Origin: Vulcanimicrobiota bacterium
GTDB taxonomy: Bacteria > Vulcanimicrobiota > Xenobia > Xenobiales > JADMJV01
Reading direction: 5' to 3'
Assembly (NCBI GenBank): GCA_050250895.1
Contig: JBFWNU010000003.1
Location: 797,137 to 861,136 of the forward strand
DNA: 64,000 nucleotides
Shown here: piece by piece, positions 17,415 through 27,013 of the stretch
Position numbering within the stretch: the first letter of the stretch is position 1
Layout of the letters: each line of letters opens with the position of its first letter
Program-made: the position numbers and the translations under genes
The notes under the pieces: model-generated
What the model was told of the DNA's origin: nothing
The model's database searches: none
What the model saw: only the letters and a program-made list of their open reading frames with translations

Positions 17415-19228
17415 TGGCGAGCGAGCCACTGGCCACGTAGGGCCAGTTGCTCGGGGCTGGGGTTGGGCACTGCCTCCAGCACCGTGGTGGTCTCGGGCTC
17501 GGGAGTGACGGCGAAGGTGCGGCTCACCGGCCGACCGGTAAAATCGTCTTTGGCATCGACCGTGAGTTCCACCACGTTATCGCCAGTTTTCAGGCGGGCC
17601 TTTTCGCCCTGGTAGAAGTTCAGTCCAGCTCGTCGGGCCGGTCCACTCTCATCGACCGACTTGATGGTCACCAACCCGTCTTTCTCGGGGGCCAGGGTCA
17701 GGCCCAGCGAGGGCAACTCGGTACTGGCGTTCAAAGCTCTATCCAGCGGTGGGGCCGGCTGGCGGCGCTCGACCAGCTGATAGCCCACCAAAGCCAAGCT
17801 GGCGTTGAGATCGAAGGGTTTGCGGTCGCGCAGATGGTCGGTAAAGAGCTGATGGATTCGCTCGGCACCCGGACCGGCCGCTGCGGCCGTCAAGCGTTCG
17901 ACATCGTCGAGGGTGAAGCCCCGACCGCTACCCCCGAATTCGGCCTTGAGCCCGCGCAGCACGTCGTAGAACCCCTTTTCGCCGCCGGTGGCCTGGCGCA
18001 GCTCGAGCTCGAGAATGGTGGCCGCCACGGCTCCCTTATTATAGTAGTTACTGTTGCCCACATGAGCGTCCAGGCTGTCGTCGGTTGGACTGGTGGGGTT
18101 GTGGGCGTAATCGTCCAGATAGCGGGTGAAGAACCGCTCGAGCTGGCCTAGATGCTGCTCGGGGGTGGACAGGCCGGCTAGCAGCTCGAGACGCTTGCCG
18201 GCCCACTCGGTGGTGCCCTCGGTCAGCCACAGACCATCGGTCTTGTGGATGTGGGTCAGGTCCTCGCAGTCGATGCCGTCGTGAGTGACGAACTTGGCCA
18301 GCAACTTGTGGATCAGTTCGTGGGCCATGATGCCACGCTCATAGGCCCGCCCGTCGGAATCGTAGCGCTTGGCGATGCCCGCTTTGGCCCGGCTCGACAG
18401 CAGCAGCTCGTGGCCATGGTAATGCTCGTAGCCGCCGGCCCCGGGCTTGCCGTTGTGCAGATAGTGCTTATTGAGGAAGTATTTGTCGCTGGAATCGACC
18501 CCGGCCGGCAGGGGAGCGGCGTGGGTGTAGCGCTGGGTGGGAAACTTGCCGAACTCCCTGAGGAAGGTCTTATAGAGAGCGGTCAAGTCTTGCAGACTCT
18601 CGGCGGCGCTGGCTCCGTTGACCTTCAGCCCCTCCCAGGGAGGAGTGCCATGGACGTTGACGGTCAGTTGGGTCCCCTCGACCTCGGCCGAAGCCTGGTC
18701 GAAGTGGCCGGCGAAGAGGTTGGTGTCGGCCAGGTCCTGATAGGTAGGAGCGTAGAAGGCGTGGGGCTGGTCGAGCACTTTGGGCAGGCTGGCCTGGCTT
18801 TGCCAGGCCTGGTCGGGCAGGTTCTCGAGGGCCACTATGCTCGGGTCTTGCTCGTGACCGCGCACGATCATGGCCACCGCGGGTCCGTTCACATAGGCGT
18901 AGTCTTCGGTCAGGTTGGCCCGCACATGGCTGAAAGTGTCGGCTTCGACGGTGTAGCGCACGACCACCGGGCCCCGGCTCTCGCGCTCGATACGATAGCC
19001 GCCTTCGCGCAGCTTCGTGAACGGCATCTCGTCGCCCTGGGCGTCGCTGACCTTGACGCCCCGGATGCGGGCGTCGTGGTTGAGGCTGTTGGTGGGCGAA
19101 CCGGGCGACAGATGCGGCATGACCACATCCACGGGCTCGTTGCCGGGGAGATCGACAGTCATCTTGACGTCGATTTCCCGGTTTCTGGCCCGCGAGAGGT
19201 CGAGATCGTAGCGGATCGGCACCTGCAT
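17411..19228 (-). CDS. M61 family metalloaminopeptidase with PDZ-like C-terminus
   Basis: GGYEH, HELIH (HEXXH), LWLTEGTTEW and YYNKGA; ATG at 19228 preceded by a TATCCT -10-like box. Confidence 0.88.
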   Translation of the reverse strand: MQVPIRYDLDLSRARNREIDVKMTVDLPGNEPVDVVMPHLSPGSPTNSLNHDARIRGVKVSDAQGDEMPFTKLREGGYRIERESRGPVVVRYTVEADTFSHVRANLTEDYAYVNGPAVAMIVRGHEQDPSIVALENLPDQAWQSQASLPKVLDQPHAFYAPTYQDLADTNLFAGHFDQASAEVEGTQLTVNVHGTPPWEGLKVNGASAAESLQDLTALYKTFLREFGKFPTQRYTHAAPLPAGVDSSDKYFLNKHYLHNGKPGAGGYEHYHGHELLLSSRAKAGIAKRYDSDGRAYERGIMAHELIHKLLAKFVTHDGIDCEDLTHIHKTDGLWLTEGTTEWAGKRLELLAGLSTPEQHLGQLERFFTRYLDDYAHNPTSPTDDSLDAHVGNSNYYNKGAVAATILELELRQATGGEKGFYDVLRGLKAEFGGSGRGFTLDDVERLTAAAAGPGAERIHQLFTDHLRDRKPFDLNASLALVGYQLVERRQPAPPLDRALNASTELPSLGLTLAPEKDGLVTIKSVDESGPARRAGLNFYQGEKARLKTGDNVVELTVDAKDDFTGRPVSRTFAVTPEPETTTVLEAVPNPSPEQLALRGQWLARQ

Positions 19229-19278
19229 TGTCTTCAGGATAGCGCGGCGGGCTCTGGCCAGGGTTGCCCTGATGTAAA

Positions 19279-22200
19279 TTAATGGGGAGCGGGGAGGGCG
19301 TCGCTCCGGCCCTCCCCGGCCGCCGGGCGGCTCAGGCCCAGTAGTCTCGTCAAGCCGAGCATGCGGCGTTCGAGGACGATACCCAACCCGATCAGGGTGA
19401 TCCCGACCAGGGCGGCGGTCAGCTGCCACGGTAGCATCACTCCGATCTTGGCGGCCCGGAGCAACATCTCGGCCAGGAGTCCAAGGCTACCCCCGGCGAT
19501 TAGCGAGCGACTGCCCAGACCAACCCCCGCGACCAGCAAGAGGGTGCCGGCCAGGGCCACGAACAGAGCGTGGCCCAGGTGGTTGACCGAAGCCAGCCAG
19601 GGTCCACCCAACAGCACCAGTTGTCCGAGGGCCAGACCTGCCGGGGAAGACTCGGGTTGCTCGCGCGTGCGCAACCACAGGGCCCAGCCGATCAACCACA
19701 GGGCCGGCGGGGTGGTCTGGAGTTCGAGCAGAGCACCCCAGCCAAGCCAGTCGAGATAGCCGAGATAGCCAAACAGGAAGGCCGGGATGTGATTCCACCG
19801 ACCCAGTCCCGCCAGGCCCCGCACGGTGAACGCCAAGCAGGCCAGTCCCAGGACCATCGCTCCCTGACCAAATCCGCTCAACGCGACCAGAGCAGCCAGC
19901 GTCAGGCTCAGACCGTCGAGAGCCGACTTGCGGTCGCTCTGCGAGTGACTGGCCAGGGCCTGGGCCGTCGCCAGCAGAGCCAGCCAGGCAGCTTGCGACG
20001 CGTGTTTCAGAAGAGGCCCTGGCCCCACCGCCAGCAGCAATTGTCCGACCACCAAGAGCGGGGTCGAGCGGCGCTGCCAGCCTAGCCAGGACAGGGCCAG
20101 GCCGTAAGTCAGCAGGGTCGCGGCGCCCAGCTGGGGGGTCTGAACCAGGCCGGCCGCCAGCACCAGGGTGGCCGTCAGGCCCGCGTAGGTTTGCCAGCGT
20201 TTACCACCGCAGAAGATCATCAGGTTGAACAGCCACCAACTGACGAATGCGGCCGTCTGCGGAACCTCCACCAGTTGCAGGACGCCAAGCCAGGCCAGCC
20301 CGGCCGCGACCCAGGCGAGACCCGCGCTTTCGGAGCACTCTTCCCGACGGGCATAGAGGGCGGCCGCTACCAGGCAGACCAGAGTGAGGCTGGACCAGGT
20401 CGAGTGGGGGACACCCACCAGCAGTAAGAGCATGGCCCCCCGGCCACCCCACAGGCTCGACTTTCCTCGGGCCCCCAGAAGCCAGGCCAGCACGGGGAGG
20501 ACCGCCAACCAGGGGTGGGTGGTCAAGAACGGGATGAGCCCGCTCCAGATGAGTCCGGCCACGGGTTGTCCTGCGGCCAGGGTCAGCCCCGCCAGGCAGA
20601 GGACGACGGCCAACCCCGCAGGGCCGCTTCCGAAGAGAGCGATGCCGAGCGGCGGCACCAGCAAGGCGGACGCCAGCGACAGTGCTCGGCTAGACTCGAA
20701 ACGCCGGGCCGCCCAGGCGAAGCCAGCGCTATAGAGGGCAAGCGTGCCTACGGATAGGGGCGCCTGATCGAGAGTGAGGAGTTCGAGCGCGCAAAGTAGC
20801 CCGCTCAGGCCGAAAGTGCAGCGCGCCAGCGGGCCTCGCCAGGCGGTGGGAAGGCTCAGGGCCAGACCGGCCGCGCCTGCCAACAGAGGGGCGAAGGCCA
20901 GGACCCAGTGGTCGATGGCTGCCCGGGGATAGACAACACAGGCGTAGGCCAGGCTCGCCAGGGGAGCGGCCAGATAGAGCCACTCGGTCCGGCCGCCTCG
21001 ATTGGCAACCAGCACTACAATGGCTGCGGCCGCCAGATAGGCCAACGCCGCCAGGCTGGGTGCCAGCAACCCGGCCAGCTGGAAGCAGCCGGTCGCGGTG
21101 GCGCACAGGATAGTAAGGCAGAGGCTGTCGTTGCCCAGGCGTGGCCACCAGGCCAACCCCGCCGGCAGGACCAGCAACAAAAGGGGATAGACCTCGGGAT
21201 GAGGCCGAGCTACCAGCACGGCTGCCATCAAGGCTGCGTAGGCCGCCGAGGCTGTGGCCGCGTGCCCCAACTGAGGCTGCTGGTTGACGTGGCTGGCCAG
21301 CGCATAGTAGCCCGCCGCCACGCAGCCTAAGAGCATACCGGTCAACAGATCCAGGCAGCCGACCCGGGCGAAATTGTCGAGCAGGTCCGGCCAGGTGGCC
21401 AGCAGCATCACCAGGGCCAGCAACGAGGTAGTGACCTCCCCGGCCAGGGTGCGCGAGGTGGCGATGAGTCCCTCGTCCTGAGATAGGCGGCCGCCCGCCG
21501 AGTAGACTCCGCTGAGAATGAGCAAGCCGCACGCCGCCGAGGCGATGGGTAGACCCATCACAAAGACCAGCAAGAAGCAGCCTCCCACCCCGACGACGGC
21601 CGAGCCCCACAGGGCACGCACTTCTCCCAGCAAATAGCCGGTCACCGCGAAGAAGGTGGCCCCGAGCAAGAAGAGCAGGACCGGAGTGAAGTCGCCGGTC
21701 GTCAGCAGCCGAGGTACCGAGGCGACCACTCCGAGCAGTCCCAGCAGGTGGCTCATCAACTCATAGTGGCGGCTGTGGGGCAACTGCTCGCGGGCCACGC
21801 GAAGATAGAAGGCTCCGCAGCCGAAGCAGAAGAGTCCCAGCACCAGCGAGGGCTGGCCCAACCAATTGCCGAGCGCGTGGCCGCTCAAGACCAGCGACAG
21901 GGTGCCCAGATAGATGCAACTGAGTTCGCCCACCAGCGACGATTGCCACAGCAGGACCGCGGCCGTGACAGCAAAGGAAAAGCAGGCCCATAGGTCTGGC
22001 TCGACCGCCAGCCCGGCCACCGAGAAGTGGTTGAGAGCGATCATTCCGGTCGGCAGCAGCATGGCCGCCAACACGCACAACAAGCGACTCGAAAGCGGCA
22101 GGGTTTCGCGCAACTTGCGGGCCAGGGCAAAACAAGCGGCGGGCGAGAGGGTCATCAACAGGGCTACCATCTGGCGGCCCACTCCATTCCACTGGCTGCG

Positions 22201-22479
22201 CAGGTAGCCGATGCCCGCCGAAACTAGCAGTAGCGCTCCGAGCGTGTGAAACCAGCGGATATTGCTCTCCTCCAGGATGTTGGCCCAGGGACGGCTGGCG
22301 GGCGTGGGAGTCTCGACTGGCGGAACCTCGGGCTCGGCCACGACCTGGACCGGTGCCGCCACCGGCTTGAGCAACCTGGCCTTGCGAGTGGAGTAGAGGT
22401 CGACCACTCGCCGGGAGTTCTCGGGATCGAGCCAGTCCCAGCGCTTGACTTCGCTCAGCAGGTAGTCGACTTGAGCCAC
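19279..22479 (-). CDS. Large polytopic membrane protein (DUF2157-like N-terminus)
   Basis: More than 25 hydrophobic segments; LEESNIRWFHTLGALL motif; the frame extends 5' to 22575 and encodes a zinc ribbon (see findings). Confidence 0.8.
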   Translation of the reverse strand: MAQVDYLLSEVKRWDWLDPENSRRVVDLYSTRKARLLKPVAAPVQVVAEPEVPPVETPTPASRPWANILEESNIRWFHTLGALLLVSAGIGYLRSQWNGVGRQMVALLMTLSPAACFALARKLRETLPLSSRLLCVLAAMLLPTGMIALNHFSVAGLAVEPDLWACFSFAVTAAVLLWQSSLVGELSCIYLGTLSLVLSGHALGNWLGQPSLVLGLFCFGCGAFYLRVAREQLPHSRHYELMSHLLGLLGVVASVPRLLTTGDFTPVLLFLLGATFFAVTGYLLGEVRALWGSAVVGVGGCFLLVFVMGLPIASAACGLLILSGVYSAGGRLSQDEGLIATSRTLAGEVTTSLLALVMLLATWPDLLDNFARVGCLDLLTGMLLGCVAAGYYALASHVNQQPQLGHAATASAAYAALMAAVLVARPHPEVYPLLLLVLPAGLAWWPRLGNDSLCLTILCATATGCFQLAGLLAPSLAALAYLAAAAIVVLVANRGGRTEWLYLAAPLASLAYACVVYPRAAIDHWVLAFAPLLAGAAGLALSLPTAWRGPLARCTFGLSGLLCALELLTLDQAPLSVGTLALYSAGFAWAARRFESSRALSLASALLVPPLGIALFGSGPAGLAVVLCLAGLTLAAGQPVAGLIWSGLIPFLTTHPWLAVLPVLAWLLGARGKSSLWGGRGAMLLLLVGVPHSTWSSLTLVCLVAAALYARREECSESAGLAWVAAGLAWLGVLQLVEVPQTAAFVSWWLFNLMIFCGGKRWQTYAGLTATLVLAAGLVQTPQLGAATLLTYGLALSWLGWQRRSTPLLVVGQLLLAVGPGPLLKHASQAAWLALLATAQALASHSQSDRKSALDGLSLTLAALVALSGFGQGAMVLGLACLAFTVRGLAGLGRWNHIPAFLFGYLGYLDWLGWGALLELQTTPPALWLIGWALWLRTREQPESSPAGLALGQLVLLGGPWLASVNHLGHALFVALAGTLLLVAGVGLGSRSLIAGGSLGLLAEMLLRAAKIGVMLPWQLTAALVGITLIGLGIVLERRMLGLTRLLGLSRPAAGEGRSDALPAPH

Positions 22480-22613
22480 CGCTCGGGCGCGCGAAAGCCC
22501 GGCCGCTTGGCCGCACCCGGGGCATTCGCGATAGTAGCCTTCGAACTCACAATTCCAGCATCGCCTGCGACCATTTTAGCGGTTGTCCGCGACCGGGCCG
22601 CGGGGCGTCTGAC

Positions 22614-23856
22614 CTATTCTTGGAAGCGCCGGCCCTCCGGATCTTCGAAGGTCAGACCATCGGCCGCCTCGCCCTCGATCCGCAGATAGCCCTCGTGCAC
22701 GTTCTTGTGGCAGGCGGTGCAGAGGAAGACCAGGTTCTTGGGTACAGTTGGACCGTCAGCGGCGTAGTAGCGATATGGTGGGCGTGCAACCAGATGTGCG
22801 AGTCCCCCCAGCGGCGCGGCGCGCAGCGACGGTAGGGGATGATGAGAACGTCAGTCTCGTGACGGTTAAGCTTCCCGGCCGATCGTTCTCATCATTCCCG
22901 TCAAGCCGCGGCCGGGGGGACGCCCTTGGGTTGGGACAGTCGGGATCTGGCAGCAGTAGCAGTCGCGAACCTTAAGATACTCGGTTTGGCGGGCGTCAAG
23001 CCCCGCGCGCCCGGGTTGAAAGCGAGTCGCCAGTGCGGTTTAGCCCGGCGGACCAGCTGCGCCTCGGCGTCGGGGCAATCTTCCCTGGCGAAGGCGGTGG
23101 TTGCCTCGAACAACTCCTCGTCCCGCGTGGGACCCAGTCCCCTCTCGGCGGCCAACTCGCGGGCCACGGTCAGGGGCTTCTCGAGACGTCGCTCGCGACT
23201 GGCTAAGACTCTGATCGCCTGAGCCCGCATCCTCTCGAGGTCTTCTTCGCTGACCGGCCGTGTTTGCAGGCGCTCGGCGAACAGCAGGGCGATCGCCTCG
23301 CCGAATTCGACTTTGCGGCCCATCTCGAGCGACAGCGATTGCAGTCCCAGTCGCACCAGTTCACGATTTTCGGGCGTTAAACGAAGGGTGAGTTCTTCGC
23401 ACTCGGCCTGGGTGGGACCAGCTTCGCCGGGCAGACCTCCTGGTGGCGTGAGGGTGACGAGTTCGGCAATCGTGGTGGCGTTATAGCGCGAGGCGAGCTC
23501 CAGCCAGAGCGCCTCGGTGTCAGGACTGGCTTTGCTCAGATTTCACGCAGCTTGGCCCAGCCGATGCGCCCCTCTTCTGCGGCTCTTGTGAGCAGGGGTA
23601 GGTCTTCGAGCAGGCGCGCCACGCGACGGCAGGTGGTGGCTTCTTTCTTGCTGAGGCCGAGCACGCGAATGGCGTAGTGGATGGGGCTGCTGCAGCCGTA
23701 GTCACGATAATGTCTGGTCGCCTGCAGAACCAGCAGGCAGCGACCGATGAGCAGCCGGAAGTGGACCAGGCCCGTGGCCGCTCGGCGGGCGAGGTCGTGG
23801 AGAGCTTTGGGGGCAAGATTTGAGAGGGATTCGCGGTTCCATTGAGAGGTGTTCAT
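22614..23856 (-). pseudogene. DUF222-like/HNH endonuclease pseudogene (paralog of 57254-58291)
   Basis: Fragments align with the intact paralog: IGRCLLVL..WAKLRE (frameshift near 23538), KPHW..LTPA, RDCYCCQIP/CPN, HIWLHAHHI/YY..GPTVPKNLVFLCTACHKNVHEG; several 1-nt shifts plus an insertion of about 130 bp. Confidence 0.85.
22802..22921. mobile_element. Palindromic miniature element (MITE/REPIN-like) of about 120 bp inserted in the HNH pseudogene
   Basis: Terminal inverted repeat GTCCCCCC/GGGGGGAC; inner perfect inverted repeat ATGATGAGAACG/CGTTCTCATCAT; it interrupts the Zn-finger-HNH coding alignment. Confidence 0.65.
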
Positions 23857-23903
23857 TCTTGGATTTTACCGGACCGGCCGGCGTTCGAGCAAAAGATCGA
23901 ACA
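23857..23903 (-). promoter_or_regulatory. Leaderless sigma70-type promoter with GTTCG-N10-CGAAC palindrome
   Basis: Minus strand: TTGCTC-N18-TAAAAT-N6-ATG; the palindrome at 23882-23903 overlaps the -35; same layout at 57206-57253. Confidence 0.65.
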
Positions 23904-23919
23904 GGTTTGAATGGCTTGG

Positions 23920-24282
23920 TTATAGGGTTTGATGGCTGTCTGCGCGATGATGTCCGGGGCTTGGAGGGGGGCGAATGAAAATGTTCGAGCCGATAGACTC
24001 CAAGTACAACATGATTCGCCAGGCGTCGAATCGTTCCGATGAGGTCAACTGCCGGTGCACATCAACCAGAACCTCGTCCTCGTCGTGGAAGGCCAAACCG
24101 CCTCCGTGCCTTTGAAATCGCCAGGGTCGCCCCTCCAACTCGACCTGTCCCCGCCGGGGGGCATCGAGTAGCCAGTCGAAATCCGCGACTCCGGGGAAAG
24201 CGGCCCGGAACGCAGCCACGAGAGCAATCTGCAAAGCCACAAATTGCCTCAGGCTGGCCAAAAGACCGTCATCGTCGCTCAA
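23920..24282 (-). CDS. Hypothetical protein, DUF6896-like
   Basis: WRFQRHGGGLAF and FDAWRI motifs; TTG start just after the upstream stop; C-terminus looks truncated or random. Confidence 0.55.
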   Translation of the reverse strand: MSDDDGLLASLRQFVALQIALVAAFRAAFPGVADFDWLLDAPRRGQVELEGRPWRFQRHGGGLAFHDEDEVLVDVHRQLTSSERFDAWRIMLYLESIGSNIFIRPPPSPGHHRADSHQTL

Positions 24283-24287
24283 ACGAC

Positions 24288-24776
24288 TTAACCTTTCCGC
24301 GCTGCCTGGATCGTGGCGACATCGATCTTCTTCATCGTCAACATCGCTTTCATCACGCGCTCCCGTGTGGCTGGATCGGGATCCGCCATGCCATCGGTCA
24401 AAGCCCGCGGAGTGATTTGCCACGAAAAGCCCCATTTGTCTTTGCACCAGCCGCAAGCGCTCTCCTGGCCGCCGTTGCCGACGATGGCGTTCCAAAGCCG
24501 GTCGGTCTCGGCCTGGTCGTCAGTATGGATCTGCAGTGAGTAGCTCTCGTTCGGCTTGAATTCGGGTCCGCCGTTAAGGGCACAGAAAGGCAATCCGCAG
24601 ATGGTGAAGGGGATGGTGAGTGCATCGCCCTTCTGGCCGCCGGGAAAGTCCGCGGCGGCCCGCTGAACCGGGCCCATTTCACTGGCGGGGAAGGTCTCGG
24701 TGTAGAATCTCGCGGCCTCCTCGCCGTCTTTGTCGAACCAGAGAAAGATGGTGGCTTTGTCAGTCTTATGCATCAT
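24288..24776 (-). CDS. VOC family protein (PhnB / 3-demethylubiquinone-9 3-methyltransferase-like)
   Basis: FLWFD..EEAARFY, ALNGGP and CGWCKDKWGFSWQI motifs. Confidence 0.92.
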   Translation of the reverse strand: MMHKTDKATIFLWFDKDGEEAARFYTETFPASEMGPVQRAAADFPGGQKGDALTIPFTICGLPFCALNGGPEFKPNESYSLQIHTDDQAETDRLWNAIVGNGGQESACGWCKDKWGFSWQITPRALTDGMADPDPATRERVMKAMLTMKKIDVATIQAARKG

Positions 24777-24778
24777 GT

Positions 24779-25180
24779 CTACCCGGCCTCCTGACTCATC
24801 CACATCGGCTCCCAGATATGGCCGTCGGGGTCCTCGAACGACCGCCCATACATGAAGCCGGCATCCTGTTTCGGACAGGGATCGGCGGCACCGCCCGCCT
24901 GGACGGCCTGGCCCACGATGTCGTCGACGGCCTGGCGGCTGTCCCGGCTGATGCAGAGCAAGACCTGAGCCTGGCTTTTGGCGTCAACGATGGCTTTGTC
25001 GGTGAAGGTCTTCCAGAAATCCCGGGTTAACAGCATAACGTAGATGGTGTCCGAGAGAACCATCGCGGCCGCCTGGTCGTTGGTGAACTTGGGTTCGTTC
25101 CTAAATCCCACCGCCTGATAGAAGGCCTTGGACTTCTCCAGGTCCTTTACGGGCAGGTTTACGAAGATCATCTGTGACAT
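24779..25180 (-). CDS. VOC family glyoxalase/lactoylglutathione lyase-like protein
   Basis: MIFVNLPVKDLEKSKAFY and FMYGRSFEDPDGHIWE motifs. Confidence 0.92.
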   Translation of the reverse strand: MSQMIFVNLPVKDLEKSKAFYQAVGFRNEPKFTNDQAAAMVLSDTIYVMLLTRDFWKTFTDKAIVDAKSQAQVLLCISRDSRQAVDDIVGQAVQAGGAADPCPKQDAGFMYGRSFEDPDGHIWEPMWMSQEAG

Positions 25181-25391
25181 GAGCACCCCTGGGGACGAAG
25201 ATGTGCGAAGAGTTCAATCCTTACGGTCCGGGGCCTGCCCACCCAGACTGGTATGAAACTCCTCCCAAAATGTCGTGCATCGTTGCAACCCCTCCACGAC
25301 TTGCTCCTGAGTCGCCAGATGATCCTGTAGTAGAGCGTTCGCTTTCTGGGCCAGACCAATCATCTGGCTCACGACCCCCGAGTCGAGGTCG

Positions 25392-25838
25392 TCAAATTCC
25401 CGAGCCGTGGCCAGAAGAACGTCTCTCTCGAGGCGGAGGGTGTTGAGGGTCCAGGGATCTTGATGGATGCCCACCGGCCGCAGCGGGCCGGGAGGGTCCC
25501 TCGCCGAGACAATAGCGGCATCCTCGCTTGGAGAACCCAACCCTGACTCGCAAGCCCGGGTAATACCAGGTCTCGTCTTCGAGCAGTCGCCCGGCGGGTG
25601 GGCCGAAGCTTGCAACCAGGCCGGTCAGCGTCGCGTCAGCCTTGAGGGTCTCGCCGTTGACGAGCTTCAGACTGTCGCCGCCGAGAACCTTCTCCACCCG
25701 GCGGCCCGAGTCGATGATGACGGTGGGACACGGCTCATAATAGAGAATCACCTCGACCCCCAGCGACATTCGCTCGCTTGGAAGACCGCGGGCTTCCACC
25801 ACCTGCCGCTCGCTAATGCCGAGGGTCACTCCACTCAC
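25392..25838 (-). CDS. Hypothetical protein (possibly frameshifted with 25214-25470)
   Basis: Two LG-x-S..V....G.P-like repeats (BamE/SmpA-like pattern); C-terminus turns low-complexity while another frame continues with protein-like sequence. Confidence 0.4.
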   Translation of the reverse strand: MSGVTLGISERQVVEARGLPSERMSLGVEVILYYEPCPTVIIDSGRRVEKVLGGDSLKLVNGETLKADATLTGLVASFGPPAGRLLEDETWYYPGLRVRVGFSKRGCRYCLGEGPSRPAAAGGHPSRSLDPQHPPPRERRSSGHGSGI

Positions 25839-25849
25839 GGTTGCGGTCC

Positions 25850-26089
25850 TCAGGGGCTCTCTCCCGGCAGCTCAGATTGGCGCCATCTGGTGAGTTGCCA
25901 GAAATACAGGCAGTCGATGCCGCGGGTCTTGGCCAGTTCGTTCAACCGCTCCGCTTCCTCCTGAGCCGCCTCCATGGTCGGATGGATTTCCTTGACGGTG
26001 ACGGCGGACTCCGGCTCTTCCCAATCGATCGTCCGCGAGTCCAGGCGGATCACGGCATAGAGGTGGGTCACGGTGCGCTGGCTGGGCAT
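25850..26089 (-). CDS. Small hypothetical protein
   Basis: 79 aa, GGAG upstream, protein-like composition; divergent from the MNT-HEPN gene. Confidence 0.55.
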   Translation of the reverse strand: MPSQRTVTHLYAVIRLDSRTIDWEEPESAVTVKEIHPTMEAAQEEAERLNELAKTRGIDCLYFWQLTRWRQSELPGESP

Positions 26090-26098
26090 AGCCACTCC

Positions 26099-26129
26099 AG
26101 TATACCCTTCTTGAGGGTGATGGTATACT
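26099..26129. promoter_or_regulatory. Back-to-back -10 boxes forming the inverted repeat AGTATACC-N15-GGTATACT
   Basis: TATACT lies 6 nt before the GTG at 26136 and 9 nt before the ATG at 26089; inner inverted repeat ACCCT-tcttg-AGGGT. Confidence 0.55.
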
Positions 26130-26135
26130 CAGGAG

Positions 26136-26948
26136 GTGGACGCCCTGGCCAGATGCATCGAGCAAGCCTGCACCGAACCGCTTGAGCTCATCGTGCTCTA
26201 TGGCTCGACGGCTCGTGGACAGGCCACCGCCGAGAGTGACCTCGACCTGGCTTTGCTACCACGCAATCCGCTCGGAGGTGTTCGTGACCTTGACCGTCTC
26301 ACCAGCCGAGTTTGTCGCGAGATGGGCAGGGGAGACCTGGACCTTGCCTGGCTCCCGAACGCCTCGTGGTTGCTCTGGCAAGAGATTGCCCGCGATGGAC
26401 AAATCCTCTTTCAAAGCCGTCCCGAGGCGCCGGCTCGGTTCCGGGCCGAAGCGGCTCTGCGGGTGGCCGAGGCCTTCCCCTGGCGCTATCGCGACCGCCG
26501 ATTCGTTTCCAGATTTTTGCAGGGAGAGACCTTCGTGAACGATAGCCTGGTGTGGCGCAAACTGGCGATGATGGCGCAGTATCTCGGCGAACTCCAGCCG
26601 GTTCTCGCCCTGGGACAAGAACGATTCCTTAGCGACCCGATGGTTCATCACGCGGCCGAACGCCTGGTGGAGCTTCTGGTCGAAGCCAGCGCCTCGATCA
26701 ACAACGAGGTGGCTCAAGCAGTTGCCGGTATCCCGCCGTCTGACGATTACAGTTCTTTCTTTTCGATGGCCAATTCTGGGTGGGTCGAGCGCGCCGTGCT
26801 CGAGCGACTGGCGGATTGGGCACGCATCCGCGATGCGCTGGTCCATCGCTACGAGGACGTGGCTCTGCCTGAGTTGTGGGAACGTCTTACCGCCTCGACT
26901 CCCGATTGGAAGACCTACCTGGCTCAAGTGCAGCAACGTCTCGACTAG
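26136..26948 (+). CDS. Fused MNT (MntA-like nucleotidyltransferase) - HEPN (HepT/DUF86-like RNase) toxin-antitoxin protein
   Basis: LYGSTARGQATAESDLDLAL (GS-x10-DxD) and RDALVHRY (R-x4-H-x-Y) in one uninterrupted frame. Confidence 0.88.
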   Translation: MDALARCIEQACTEPLELIVLYGSTARGQATAESDLDLALLPRNPLGGVRDLDRLTSRVCREMGRGDLDLAWLPNASWLLWQEIARDGQILFQSRPEAPARFRAEAALRVAEAFPWRYRDRRFVSRFLQGETFVNDSLVWRKLAMMAQYLGELQPVLALGQERFLSDPMVHHAAERLVELLVEASASINNEVAQAVAGIPPSDDYSSFFSMANSGWVERAVLERLADWARIRDALVHRYEDVALPELWERLTASTPDWKTYLAQVQQRLD

Positions 26949-27013
26949 CGAATGTTTGTCTTCTTGTTTGCCCTCGCCGGTCGTGCTACCCTGTGGCGAG
27001 ACTGGAGGTCAAC

